From positions 25,544,001-25,608,000 of the forward strand of contig OZ210885.1 in NCBI GenBank assembly GCA_964658305.1: a DNA stretch of 64,000 nucleotides, in the 5' to 3' direction. Below the pieces are notes generated by a model, which saw only the letters and a list, made by a program, of their open reading frames with translations, did not search any database and had not been told where the DNA came from. Source of the DNA: Leptogorgia sarmentosa. Taxonomy: Eukaryota. Made by a program: the position numbers and the translations under genes. Positions 24,788-37,800 of this stretch are shown here, in pieces (position 1 is the stretch's first letter; every line of letters begins with the position of its first letter).

Positions 24788-26743
24788 TTTACTATATATA
24801 TATAATTATGTGTATATTATAAACCTGGCCATCAAGGAATGATATGGGTAGTATATCTTCTTTGGGGCAAATTGGTTATCCAGTGCATGTTTTGCTTCCA
24901 GTGATGAAGTTTGGTGGTAGTACGATAATTTTCGAGTCTGGGTCGGGTTAAAATCTCCTTAAGTTTCTTGAATGCTGCAGAACCTAATCAAAAAACAAAA
25001 AATGTTTTGGAAATTGCAAGAGTCTGTGGGCTATTTTTATAATTTTAAAGCATGATTCTCGTACATACCTGGCTTTATCCATTCTCGATCCAATATTCCA
25101 TGGGTGCATTCCTTGAAATACTTGAAACCTTCATGAACATGCACATCGGTGATATGGTTCAAGACACTCCTCCATTTTTCCTCCCTTTCATGCTCACATG
25201 TACTTGAATTGGCCACCCAGTAAATATCATTCATGATAGACTACATAGAAACAATTATAGCTGTAATGTGTATTTCACACACAGAGTCTAGGAAAAATTA
25301 CATGACCACTGAGCACTTAAAATTTTATAATTGTATCCCTATCCAAGGCTTTATAGCTTGAAATTTCTTAGTTTTGGCAATTTTCAACAACCTCTTCTTC
25401 TCACCTATAAAACCATAGGTTGAACAGTTACTAAAGATGAAGCACAAGACATGAATTGATACCAATCTGAGAAAGTTACCTATAACAATACAGATTGAAA
25501 ACATGATATAAGTTTAACAGAATGTACTTCCTAATGATGATATATTACATGTATATGTATAACAGCAGAGCAGCTACCTTTTGCCAAATGCCAGACATCA
25601 TAATTATGTTTGATGTTTGGTTTTTCCTGAGCCATGTAAGCTGATACTTGTATGTGTCTGTCTGTCTGTCACTAGTTTCTTCCACATCAGAGTGTTCAAG
25701 CAAAGCAAGTTGTCTTTTAAGGGATTCCAGTTCCATTGCATTTGAATTTTTAACTTCTGTGCTCTACATATGACAGATTTTTTGTTTCCCGTAAGTGGTT
25801 AGATTGATGGTTGTAACATATTACTCACTAAACCATTAAATTACTGCACTGTACCTTGATTATTTGAGTGTCCAGAATGACATTTCGTTCAACATCAAGT
25901 GTACTTCCAGCACCAAGTAGGCCGCAATGCCTTGGACTATCCACTCGCATATCCGATGCTATCTCGATTGCTTTCCCTTCTACTTCATCCAATAATTTTT
26001 GCTGTTCCCTTCTCCAAACATTTATTACAGCTGGTATTACATATGAACTGTGAATGTTTGACAACTCTCTCCTTTTGAAGCACAACATGTTTAGTGATTC
26101 CATGAATCTTATTGTTTTGATTCCATACCAATGCTTAGAATGCTAGAAGCCATAAGCAGATTTAAAACAGGTAACCTATTCATTAGTGGGCCTGTTGACC
26201 AGTATATGTTATATGCTCATGCTGAAGAAAATGAACATGAAATTAAAATTTTGCAATAGCTTCCAATTATACTTGTGACCAAAACAGAGCAGCAACTTCC
26301 ACATTTAAGGCACACACCAAATGCTGTTGAAATGGCCTCTTCACAAACAATGAATTTTAATTGGTCCTTGATAGACTTTCCACTGGTTAGTATTATTTGG
26401 CACATGGTTCAATTTCACTTTCATCACCTGATGTCATACTGTAGTCTTCACTGCAACTCTCTTCATCAAAACTTTTCTCACCATCTGACTCACTTGCTGA
26501 CTCCTCCAAGAATGAATCTTCAACAATATCAATATTTCTTGTATTCTTGTTGCCTTCCTCAGTTTCATTGATATTTTCCTTCGGAGGTCAACGTAGCATG
26601 TAATCCATGCAAATTGCGTCAGTAGATTTGCATGAGACTATATAAGGAGGTGCAATAGCAGGAATAAGCCATCACGTGAAGCACAAACCTGGCACACCTT
26701 CGTCAAAAAATATATATTTTTTTTTTGCTATTGATCTATTGGA

Positions 26744-27786
26744 ATGTCTACGGACCGTCGTACACAAGAGAATAGTTCGGTCGATACACAAGTCTTATTC
26801 GAACAAGTTCGAACATATTTTGATCAAAAATTAGAAAGCCTAACGACAGGATTTAAAGCAGCAACCGAAGCACAATCACAGAAGCTAGAACGTCAAGCCG
26901 AAGGCGGAAATTTAAAATTCCCAGGCAACAAAGATCAATTCCTGTTCAATACTTCAATACAGGACCTGTTGACGGAGACAGCAAGCTCACTCCAAAAACA
27001 GGACACATCCGACGCATTAAAGCGTATTGCGGAGGCAGACAAGCCCCTTCAGCAGCGGCAAAAGAAAATTAAGCTGGCAGACAAGAGCGAGGCGGGCTGG
27101 TTAACGGTATAAGAATACGAGGCAGACGATCTAGCCAGCGATTCGGAGGACGAAAAAAGAATAAAGAAAGCACAAGATTCAGCTAATCGCAAGCGCCGAC
27201 AGAACGCCTTAAAGAAAGAAAGAGCTGGTCAGCAACATGCAGCAGTCTATCCTATGCCTAGTACTCGCGCTGGTCATGAGCAATTGTTTTTTCGAGGTAA
27301 ATATCCCCTCCTTTGAGTTTCAGTGGCAGGCAAGTGCTTGCACCGTAGCCTGCCATTCTATATTGTTATGTTGTTGTTATGCTCAGTGGGAAGGAGAAGG
27401 AAAATGATTTTCCTTCGGATGAACGCAGAGAAGCAGAAGGAAATGATATTTTCCTTCGGAGGTCAACGTAGCATGTAATCCATGCAAATTGCGTCAGTAG
27501 ATTTGCATGAGACTATATAAGGAGGTGCAATAGCAGGAATAAGCCATCACGTGAAGCACAAACCTGGCACACCTTCGTCAAAAAAAAATTCTTCTGCTCG
27601 CCTGTACGCTTTCTTGTTTCAGGCCCCAGACTTCCAGCTCCAACCGATATGTGTTTTCGTTGCGGGAAAAGAGGACACTGGAGTTCAATGTGCACAAAGT
27701 TTGCCTTTAGAACACGAGGATCAGGATCCCAAAATAGGTCTGCCGGTGCCGACAGTGGCCAAGGAGACCGGTCAAGCGCCACTTAG
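26744..27786 (+). pseudogene. Spliced gag of the YR retrotransposon (exons 26744-27296 and 27623-27786); one premature stop at 27110
   Basis: KIKLADKSEAGWLTV*EYEADDLASDSEDEKRI. Donor CGAG|GTAAAT and acceptor TTCTTGTTTCAG|GC join in frame to the knuckle CFRCGKRGHWSSMC. Confidence 0.85.
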
Positions 27787-29745
27787 TAACGCCGCGGATT
27801 TTGACTGGAATTATGAAGATAATGACGACATTATACAGGTAGATTCTCAAATTAACACATATGAATATGAACATTCAGATTGTAAAGATGTTAAATCTTG
27901 CAACAGAGTTCAAGGGAGACTTAAACTACATATCCAATTTTGGAAAACAATTGGGGCACCCGACTTTATTGTAGACGCTATTGAAGAGGGTTACAAAATA
28001 CCCTTCCGTGAAACTCCCAAACCTAGGGTCTTTCAAAACAATCTATCTGCACTAAAGGACTGGCAATTCGTACATGAATCTATTACTGACTTACTAAATT
28101 CCGACCGCATCGCACAAGTCACAGAAAAGGATCTGATTGTATGTAGTCCACTATCAGTGTCCACTCAGCCAAGTGGCAAGAAGAGGCTCATTCTCGATCT
28201 GCGATTTGTCAATACGCATGTATACAAACAAACTACGAAGTTTGAAGATTGGCGCACAGCCTTTGAGTTCTTTGACAAAGGTTCCTTTTTCACTAAGTTT
28301 GACCTAAAATCGGGGTATCATCATTTAGAAATTTTCCCGGAACACCAACCCTTTCTGGGGTTCAGTTGGAAAATGGACAAGACTAACCCCAGCTATTTTA
28401 TGTTCACTGTATTGCCATTCGGATTAACCTCAGCACTCTGCATCTTTACCAAACTGTTACGCCCACTGGTAAAGCATTGGCGCTCTAGAGGCATAACTAA
28501 CGTGGTCTATTTAGATGACGGTTTCGATATTGCAAGCAACATCAACACTTGTACAGATAATTCCAACATTATTCGGTCAGATCTTCATCAAGCAGGCTTT
28601 ATCATTAATGACGATAAGTCTGTATGGCAGCCAACGCAGTCCATCATTTGGCTAGGAATACACTGGAACGGGGTCACCAGCTCAGTTAGCATTTCCCCTG
28701 ACAGAATCCATAAAACAAATAAGGTTCTGGAGAAGTTGATCTCCCAAAAGAAAGCGTCTGGTAGAAAACTGGCCTCAGTCATAGGAATGATAATTTCTAT
28801 GGGTCCTGTCATAGGCAATTTGACCCTAATTATGACACGTCACTGCCAGATGTCCGTCGCTTGTACAGATTCATGGGATTTAGTATTCGACCTACATCGC
28901 TATTGCTTGTTAGAATTAGAATTTTGGCAAAGCAACTTACGGTCTGCTAACAATCGTTCAGTGGTTTCTAGCCAGCCCCCTCAGGTAACATTTTTCTCGG
29001 ACGCTAGCGCAGTTGCCTGTGCAGCACACTCAGGCGATGGCAACATGATAGCACATCGCATGTTCACGGATGCCGAAAAAGCCGAAAGTTCTACTTACAG
29101 GGAACTCATTGCCATTAAGTTTGCACTCGAATCATTTAGTTCTTCCATAACTTGGTTTACCGATAGTCAGGTAGCGGCAAAAATCATCATAGTATGAAGT
29201 TCAACCTGCATGAACTGGCTTTTGCTGTTTTCTCAATTTGCTTCAAAGCCCAAATTCGATTGGATATACAATGGATACCTCGGACAAAAAACGAAAGAGC
29301 CGATTATCTTAGCAAAATTATAGATTATGACGACTGGGAAATTACACACCAATTATTTAGTTTATTGGAGGCAAGGTTTGGCCCACACACAGTGGACTGT
29401 TTTGCCGATTTCAAAAATCACAAAGTGTCTAAGTTTTACTCCAAGTTCTGGAACCCCGGGTCGGCCGGGATAAATGCATTTTCACAAAGTTGGGCAGGCG
29501 AAAACGCTCTTTTGGTACCTCCAGTCCCACTTGTACCTAAGGTATTAGCGTTTATGCACTATTGCCATGCCAAGGGGACCCTGATAGTCCCCTATTGGCC
29601 TTCGGCTCCATTTTGGCCTATCCTCGTTTCTCGATATTTCCATAACATTAGAAATCCGTCTTAAGGCAGGGCAACAACCAAAAATGCGTTCTTGGTTCAC
29701 ATGCATGGGAAGGATACATTATAGTTTTTCGCATTGAGTTCTCTT
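27787..29745 (+). pseudogene. RT - RNase H - adenine-methyltransferase-like pol of the YR retrotransposon, frameshifted near 29190 and 29660
   Basis: KRLILDLR, DLKSGYHH, LPFGL, YLDDG; SDAS, SSTYREL, WFTDSQ, WIPR..NERADYLSK; HTVDCFA..FYSKFWNPGS..NAF..W..EN..LVPP. Confidence 0.85.
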
Positions 29746-30008
29746 AACTCCATATGCAACGAATTACTTAAATTTGCTTACATTGTCGGCTTACTATGTA
29801 AAAAAAAAAAATAAATAAAAAAAAGTATTGGTCCCTAGCCAGGTGGCTGCGGGAGAGCATCGTCTTGGAACATTGTGTGAACGGTCCTGCCAGCCGGATG
29901 GCTTTAGAGTAGGAATATTTTGTGATCTCCTAATTGTCTACGTTTTCTGAATAAAGCGTGTCATTATACAGCGTACTGTTAGTACAGTTTCATTTTTCTT
30001 CATTGCAG

Positions 30009-31015
30009 GACCTAGTTTCTGCCCATTGTTGGGGAGAGGTCCACATCGATAACAGAAAACAAATTGTATGTCAGGTTTTGCATTCCCGAGCTAATTCCAC
30101 GGAAAAAGTTACGCTTCTCGATACCAAAAATTCAAGGCATTCGTCCAACAGCAATATCGAGGTCTTCCAAAACCTATTTTCCCGTATACTACGTTGGTAA
30201 TTTTGCAATATCTTTCACACCTGTTCGAAACCAAACGCATGTTTAGTGTCGTTTCACAAGCTTTTTGCGCGTTGAAGTGGATTCACGACCTTGTCCCTCT
30301 CGAGTCCAATCCTGCAGATTCAGCTTTGGTTCGGAATATCGTCGAAGCCAGTAAACGGTCGCACCATGTTGCACCAACAAAAAAGGAACCTATCTCCATG
30401 AATATGTTAGAGCAAATGGTGGATAAGTACGCACATCTGGCCGCTGATCTTAAGGCTATTAGAACGGCAGTGTTGCTATCCTTGGGTTTCTTCGGCTTAT
30501 TGAGAGCCAGTGAATTAATAAACATTAAAGCGAAAGACATAACCATTAATGACAACCACTTAGTTATTACAGTCCCCAGAAGCAAGACCGACCAATATAG
30601 AAATGGCAGTCAAGTTTACATTGCCCGCACTAACGGACTAGTCTGTCCACATGCTTTGCTTCTTCGGTATTTTGATATAGCTAATATTCGACCATCTTCA
30701 GAAGAACATATCTTCAGGGATATCAGGAATACTGGTAGAAAAAATCGCAAGACAACGCTCGGTTCAAGGCCCATGACCTACACTAGGCTACGTGAAATCG
30801 TAAAAGAAGCGATCGCCAGCATTGGCGTAGACCCTACAACATATAGTACGCACAGCCTACGGTCTGGAGGAGCCACGTTCATGGCAAACTCTCATGCTGA
30901 TAATCCACATCTCAATCGTCTATTGAAACTTCAAGGAAGGTGGAAGTCGGACTACTCAAAGGACACTTACATAAAAGATACTTTAGAACATAGATTGATG
31001 TTAAGTAACACATAA
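30009..31015 (+). pseudogene. Tyrosine recombinase of the YR retrotransposon (5' part frameshifted; ORF 30194-31015 open)
   Basis: GLLRASEL, SKTDQYRNG, HSLRSGGAT and GRWKS..SKDTYI give the R, K, HxxR and Y catalytic residues. Confidence 0.9.
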
Positions 31016-33206
31016 AAAAAAAAATTTAAAAAAAACAACAAAAAACAAAACAAAAAAAACAGTGGAATAAATTCAAGTTACCGGGCAAGTGCTTGCACCG
31101 TAGCCTGCCATTCTATACTGTTATGCTCAGTGGGAAGAAGGAAAATGATTTTCCTTCAGATGAACGCAGAGAAGCAGAAGGAAACCGTATTTTCTTTGTC
31201 ATCATTGTCCACAATAATATTAACTGGATCAGTTTGTGAACCAGTTGAAACCATCTTGGGCATTGATAAATACTTTGACAACAAGTCATTAGTAATGCAG
31301 GTTTGTGTCCCTTTTGTGACCATGGTTTTGTTTGTGTGCCTTGACTCCTCCCAAAATATTCCACTGGCAAAGTCTGAACATGGACTGAGTTGGGTCTGTC
31401 ATATTCACCTAATATCTCCTGTTGAAGTGTTGCAGCACCACATGTAGCTTCTCCAATTTCTGTTTCTTCTTCATTGGTTGTATTTTGTCCTGTTTCTTGT
31501 GATATTAAGTAATCAACTTCCTTAAAGACAAATACAACTGTGTGCATTTGAACAATTAAGAGGGTATATATTGAGGGTATGTATCACCAGATATTTTATT
31601 ATGAGTGCTTATTTGAGAGGAGGTCATAGAAATATTGTGGTATTACAGGCTATACACTACCATTATAAAAGATGTGGAAGTAGTACACTCTTTCTCCTTG
31701 ACAAAATTCCTGTCTTTCTTCTTTTTGTTTCTGATGGCTTGTCTAATTTAGCTGCATCAAGTGCTTTATTTATAGTCGGTATGGCATCAGGTTTAAGAAT
31801 TATTTTCTGCTTACCAGAAAATTTAATCGATTCCAGAAAGTAGGGAGAATGTGAGGGGATATACGCATCTGGGCTAAAGTGTGATGAACACAAACACATG
31901 CATTTTGACGGAACAAAGTTTTTTCGCTTGCAAAATTCAATCCAGATGTCGCGTCGCTTTTTTTCTTTATTTATTGGCTTTGGGAATGAAAAAAACTGTA
32001 TTTTGTTTTCAATATTCTTTTTGCTATCGCTTGTGCATCCGTAAACAGGACAGTACATCATGGTTTATAGAAATATTGTTCCTGGCAATATATCTACATT
32101 TCGCGCGATAATTCAACCTAGGTTGTGACGTCCACATATTGAAGTTTACATAAATTAGCATACAGGAATTCAATCCAATTCAATTCAAAGATGGTGGACG
32201 AAACACAATATTTGGGTAAAAACAATCGCCAATTTCTGCGAAAGCAACTGTCTCAAAACCAAACTTTTACTCATTTTAAGAATGCTATAAGGTAAGCTTT
32301 ATTTTAAAGTTGAAAAAAAATATATTGCTATTTCCCTTTAAGCTTGTTTCGGTCAGTGTTCGTGTAGTTTTGGCAAGCATGCCTTCGCGGTCCGCGCATA
32401 TGGGAGTTCACGCGTGTGACTGAGCGCTTCAAGTGTGGCCGAGAACCAAGCATTAAGTTACCTGAGTAATATTTAAAACGTTTTATGCAAATAAATGTAG
32501 TATTTCGCACCAAATTCAAGTTTATATTATAGTCCTAATAACGTACGAATAACAAATGTTCTCCAACAAGGGGGAATTTCGTTCTCGACCAATCAGCGCA
32601 TTTGTTGACATTTTTCCGCTAAGCCAATCAGAATGCGTAAATCGCTATTTTGTGAACAAAGATGGGTACAGATATATACTTTACTCTTCGGCTTTGTTGA
32701 TATTTTAATCCGAAATTAGAATATGTTGTTTAGGAAAGATTTTCCCACAATATTACTGTGGCAATTTGTAAATAATGGCGATTTTGGGGAGATATGCACG
32801 TCCAAACTTTGCCTCGCGCAAGTATAAATAATGCCCTTCGAATCCACCAACCTTTTGACATCTCAACTTATTAACTTGTTAATTTCCCGTGTCTAAACAT
32901 GGATCAATTCACGATCAGAGTGTCATGAGTACGGTGGCCCACAAGTGCAATGCACAAAGCAAATGTTCAATGCAATATAAGGATTTCAAATGCAATTAAA
33001 CTTTTCACAATGCAAAACAAAATTAATCGATACAAAATGAAAGTATTTATGTTGCAAAAATATATATTGTTACAATGCAAATTCAAAATTTAAATTCTTG
33101 ATCAATACAAAAACAAAGTTTATCCAATGCAAAAAGATTACCGCAGGACGTGTACAACGCGGGCGCATACAATGGTCCCTAATTTTCAAAAATACAATGT
33201 TTTGCA

Positions 33207-34481
33207 ATGTTTTGCCCTTTTTGTGGAGAAATTGTAGAAGATTTATTTCAGTTTTGCCCTTTCTGTGGAAATGAATTACAAAATGTAGCAAACCAGCCAG
33301 CAGAAGACGTGGAACCAGTCTTCCTTGGCAATGAAATATCGTGTGAGGAATTGATTAAGCGTTATTTCAGGCAAGGTTTTATCTATGAAAAAATTCTGTT
33401 GTTCCTGTCTAACTATCATGGCATCCACATGTCTCTCCGCACTCTTAAAACCAAACTTAATTCCCTTGGTTTGCAAAGAAGAAGCAGTGAAGTAGATATG
33501 GACATTCTACGTGATAGGATTCGACGAGAATTGGATGGCCCAGGAAACTCGGCTGGTTATCGTTCGGTCTGGCATACGTTGAAGCTCGAGGGTATGCAAG
33601 TACCTCGAGAAACTGTTCGACTTATAGTCAAGGAATTGGATCCAGAAGGTGTTAAAGAAAGACGAGCAAGAACACTTAGGCGACGAACATACAGATCACC
33701 CGGGCCAAATTATGTGTGGCATGTGGATGGGTACGACAAGTTGAAACCATATGGATTCCCAGTACACGGCTGCATTGATGGATACAGTAGAAAAATCCTG
33801 TGGTTAAAGGTATCTAGGACTAACAATGACCCAGCGGTGACCGGCCAACATTTCTTAGATGCTATTGCAAAGTATGGTGGATGCCCAACATTACTGAGAA
33901 CTGATAATGGAACTGAAAATGTGAATATGGCTGCAATACAATCTTATTTGCGCAGTTTCGGGGAAGATGATTTCGCTGGAGCCAGTGCACATAAGTATGG
34001 GTCATCACCTGCCAATCAACGCATAGAAGCTTGGTGGGCGTTTTTGCGAAAAAATCGATCTAATTGGTGGATCAACTTTTTCAAGGACCTTATTGATGAA
34101 GGGCAGCTTAATATGGCTAATAATATACAAAAAGAGTGTTTATGGTTTTCCTTTTCAGGTCTAATACAGGCTGATTTGAATTTAGTGCAGCGTCACTGGA
34201 ATAGTCATTATATACGGAAGTCAAGATTCGATACGGTTTCTGGCCGTCCAGATGAGCTTTATTTTCTCCCTGAGTGCTCTGGTGCAACTGACCATATTCA
34301 ACCTATCGATGACCAGGATTTTCAAGACATGTCAGCATATTGCCATCACTACAGTGATGAGGACAATATTTTCCAGGAGTATTTTCAGATGGTTAAGGAA
34401 CAACTTGCAATTTCCTCACCCACAGACTGGAGAGTTGCACTAGATATGTATACTCGATTGTGTGAAATTGCACAAACCTAA
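33207..34481 (+). CDS. Intact zinc-ribbon + HTH + integrase-core DDE transposase (424 aa)
   Basis: MFCPFCGE..FCPFCG; WHVDGYDKLKPYGFPVHGCIDGYSR; RTDNGTEN; NQRIEAWW. Uninterrupted ORF. Confidence 0.9.
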   Translation: MFCPFCGEIVEDLFQFCPFCGNELQNVANQPAEDVEPVFLGNEISCEELIKRYFRQGFIYEKILLFLSNYHGIHMSLRTLKTKLNSLGLQRRSSEVDMDILRDRIRRELDGPGNSAGYRSVWHTLKLEGMQVPRETVRLIVKELDPEGVKERRARTLRRRTYRSPGPNYVWHVDGYDKLKPYGFPVHGCIDGYSRKILWLKVSRTNNDPAVTGQHFLDAIAKYGGCPTLLRTDNGTENVNMAAIQSYLRSFGEDDFAGASAHKYGSSPANQRIEAWWAFLRKNRSNWWINFFKDLIDEGQLNMANNIQKECLWFSFSGLIQADLNLVQRHWNSHYIRKSRFDTVSGRPDELYFLPECSGATDHIQPIDDQDFQDMSAYCHHYSDEDNIFQEYFQMVKEQLAISSPTDWRVALDMYTRLCEIAQT

Positions 34482-34838
34482 GTTGTCTATGTGAACATAA
34501 AACTGTTATTTCATTTAAATTTTAAAACAGTGTACTAAAGTGAACAAACACTCTTAAAACATTTTAAAAAACACTGCAATTAACAAGTAATAGTTAAACA
34601 TTAATTAATATGTTAGGTAGAAATGTTTGAAATAAATAATAATAACAATTATTTAATGAACTTTTAAACTTAAGTTGCAATATGAAATTTATAAGTACAA
34701 TATGGTTGAACACTAAAATATTGACAAATTCTTGATCTTTGGCTATTTTGATCTCCAAATGAAGTCACAGTTTAATTGAACAAAAAACAGTGTGAGGAGC
34801 ATGCTAGTCTCAATTTTAGATGAATCGACTAAAACTGT

Positions 34839-37800
34839 TTATAATTTACTGAAGATCCCTCCGTTTATCAGTGCAGTTAATAAAGCATGGGTAATGCTGT
34901 TTTCCTGAGTATGTTTGTTGACATATAGATATAGCATGTTTGAGCATGTCTGTGCTGAAGGTATAATTTTGTTCTCATCATGAACAAATGAAATGCTTGG
35001 GTGAGGATTAAAGCCAACTGTTGGTATATTTGTTGCCCCAGTAGCAAACAAAAGAAAATGGCACGGTTTCACCAACGGGATAAAATCAAGTTCAGTTTGT
35101 GTCAACTCAATCCCATCGTCTTCCAACTCTTGTTTCAGTGTGCAATCTATGATGTATAAATGCATTTTTAAAACTTTCTTTGATGTTAGTTTACAGATGG
35201 ACAGTACCATTCAACTATACCAAACACCAACTACTTTAAAAAGCCTGTTTTAACTCCGAGCTAGCCCTAACTCCCCCAGACATACATTTCTATTCGCCCT
35301 ATTTATTTGTCCCACATCGAAATTTTAATGAATAGCTTTTAAATAATTAGCATTACCTTCTGCTGACTTAAGGAATGCAACAAATTTTGCCATGATTATT
35401 TCTTGTGCTTGTCTCCTATTGTTACCGACTGGTGCAAAACTTGGCTTCAGAATACTGACAACTTTCTTTGCATTGAGTTTTTCATTACTCAACTTAAATA
35501 GATGCTCTGCCATTCCTTTATTTTCACGAATGAAACTTAGAACCTGTAAAAATAACAATAAATGTAGTAACTGTAGTAACAGATATATATAACAACAATA
35601 AATTGGTAAACAGGTAAACATTTTTGCCTTTGAAAAGTAATAAAAACTAAATTTTATTTGTTATTTTTTTGGCCTGATGTAACAAATGATGAGAGTTTTA
35701 ATGCAAAACTTTCAACCCTTGGAATATATGGAGCCTACATTTCTGGTAACTTTAACATACATCAATGACTTTGATGTATGTTAAAGTTACTACAATTCAA
35801 AGACTTCAAGATTCATCAAAATATAACTTACATCATAATATCTTAATCCTTCAAGTAGCTGATCTAACATAGCTTGACATTTCACAATCACATAATATTC
35901 CACAACTTCATTTATAAATTCCTGTTTTTTCTCCATTTTAACAAAAACAGGCAACCCATCTATTTCATATTTCCATTCACACTGTGCCAAGAATGAATCA
36001 AACTCTGTCTGGGTTGTACACATTTTCAGCTAGAATGTAGAATAAAATAAATGCGAAATTAACAGTTATTCACTCTGGTTGCCTAATCAATTTAACACAT
36101 GTCCACTTATCATGACATCAAGAAATACTATGTATCATCCTTAATTGGATAATAAAACTATAACACTAACTCAGCTACTATAATTATTACACTAGCACTG
36201 TTGTTAAAACCATAAGTGCATAAGTTACATACTGTACCTTGTTAAGTGAATCCCTAACATTCTTATCTGGGACCTCATCAATAGCTGGAAAGGATTTGTC
36301 AAAACCACTCTGAATGTACTGACAGATACTAGTGCTGAAGAGTCGTGGAAATTCCCCTCCTTGCACAACCATGGTTGCCAGCATTCTTCCAACAATCAGA
36401 AAAGCATTTTTCTGCAATGCACCGACATTGCACCGCAAGACGTGCCCACAAGTTGTGTCTATTCAATTAGATTACATTTATTATCACAGAGTTTATAAAA
36501 ATGATATTAATACTCCTGTACTTTCTATAAAGCAAACACTCTTAACTCAAGACATACTTGTCAAAGTCCTTATCAATTGTCACTACTTAGAAGTAAAAGC
36601 ATTCTTACTTGTAACTGTTCCACTTTCTCTTGCTATAGCTCCCAATAATAAGTGAAAAAATTCCCTTCTCGGCCCGCCAAGATCAACTGCATCTTCTTCG
36701 CTTTCAAAAGTTGCAAACGTAACTTGGAACAACCCAGATCCTTTTAAGAAGCCATTCTTCAGAAAGTAAGGGAAGGCAGTTGGCCAAATGCTGAGTCTGC
36801 TGACCACTATGGTGCGATTTGGCCCATGAACTTTAGCTTCCGCAAACTGCTTGATGATGGTTTGAAAATCATCAATGGAATGAGTAGGTGTCTCATCAAC
36901 AGCTTTAGCAACATCATTAGACTGAGTATCAAGCAATTCAATTGTGTTCAAGCTATTATCTATAGCTCTTTGAACAGCTTCATTTTCATCAATATCAAGA
37001 GGCCAAATATAAAAACATTGATCGTATAATTAATTTATGAGCATGAAAGTACATTATTGTGTGGAAAGCAGAGGTGGCAGATGTGACTAGAATGGTGGGT
37101 GTATCAGTCATGATGGTTGGGCATTTAGGATTGAATATTGATCCTCCCCTGGGGGATCCCCCCCCCCCCCCCCCCCTCTTCAAGGCTTTATCAACTGGGT
37201 ACTCTGTTTTCTCTCCCTCACGAAACCAATATCAAGGGTGCGATGAAGAGTTTGGTCATCCTCTATTTTGTAAATAAATTAAGTCAATTACATTTTCCAA
37301 ATGAAATTTTCCAACATTCAAGATAATATATTTAATAGAAATAATATATCTAAAATGAACTTACAAAAAATCTGCAACTTCATAACACATAAGTACATCT
37401 TCTGTATCCAAGTTGCTCGTGGTACTGGACTCAGCAGCAGAAGCTGTGTAACCATTGCTGCAAAGGAAATCTATGTCCTCATCTAGCATCTCATCCATGT
37501 TGATGTTTTCAAGTTCTGTGTCAATCGGACTGGTACCTGGAACATCAATGATATCTTCTCTTTCTGGCACAGGAGCCAAGAATAGTGTTATTCTTGAATA
37601 GGATTTACCAAGGTCTTCTTTATACTTCTTTAAAATGAATTCTTCATCTGTTCCAGGTATGGTACGGGCTAAATTTGTATCTGGGTAGGCAAGCACATAA
37701 TCGCGTTCTTTTGAGAATGTTCTGTCGTAATCCTTCCATTTTTTTAAAGATCTTTCTAATACCTCATCGTAATTCATGTCTGTTGAAAGCTTCATAGGTA

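Larger units (their letters stand above)
26569..31184 (+). mobile_element. Complete tyrosine-recombinase (DIRS-order, Ngaro/PAT-like) retrotransposon with split direct repeats A1(26569-26710), B1(27329-27443)A2(27444-27588), B2(31084-31184); no TSD
   Basis: A1=A2 and B1=B2 read directly. Removing the element rejoins the Kolobok frame (..DKENT|DETEEG..) with no duplicated bases. Confidence 0.9.
24088..32061 (-). pseudogene. Multi-exon Kolobok transposase (THAP domain, DDE core, Cys-rich tail), interrupted by the YR retrotransposon
   Basis: THAP MMYCPVYGC..FSFP..W..LCSSHF..AIPTI (32061-31760); IASDMRVDSPRH (~25950); YDVWHLAK (~25600); TSSLE (~24900); CTCSGKCATVRCACK..C (~24180-24100). Confidence 0.8.
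22951..32337. mobile_element. Kolobok DNA transposon (TTAA TSD, imperfect ~150-bp TIRs) with convergent KolX and THAP-DDE transposase genes
   Basis: TTAA|AGGGAAATGGCAATAT..CAACTTTAAAATAAAGCTTAC and GTAAGCTTTATTTTAAAGTTG..ATATTGCTATTTCCCT|TTAA. Gene content is typical of Kolobok. Confidence 0.9.

Noticed and set aside
29194..31015. Prophage or bacterial integrase plus methyltransferase
   Set aside because: Linked to gag, RT, RNase H and split direct repeats, which is normal DIRS-order content.
33070..33291. Short ORFs over the TIRs of element B (also 38174-38506)
   Set aside because: Low-complexity translations of TIR or antisense sequence with no motifs.
37067..37180. Possible tiny hAT remnant (gatcctcccctg) and poly-C run in a HECT intron
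   Set aside because: No convincing second TIR or TSD; the Gly/Pro-rich ORFs are homopolymer artefacts.
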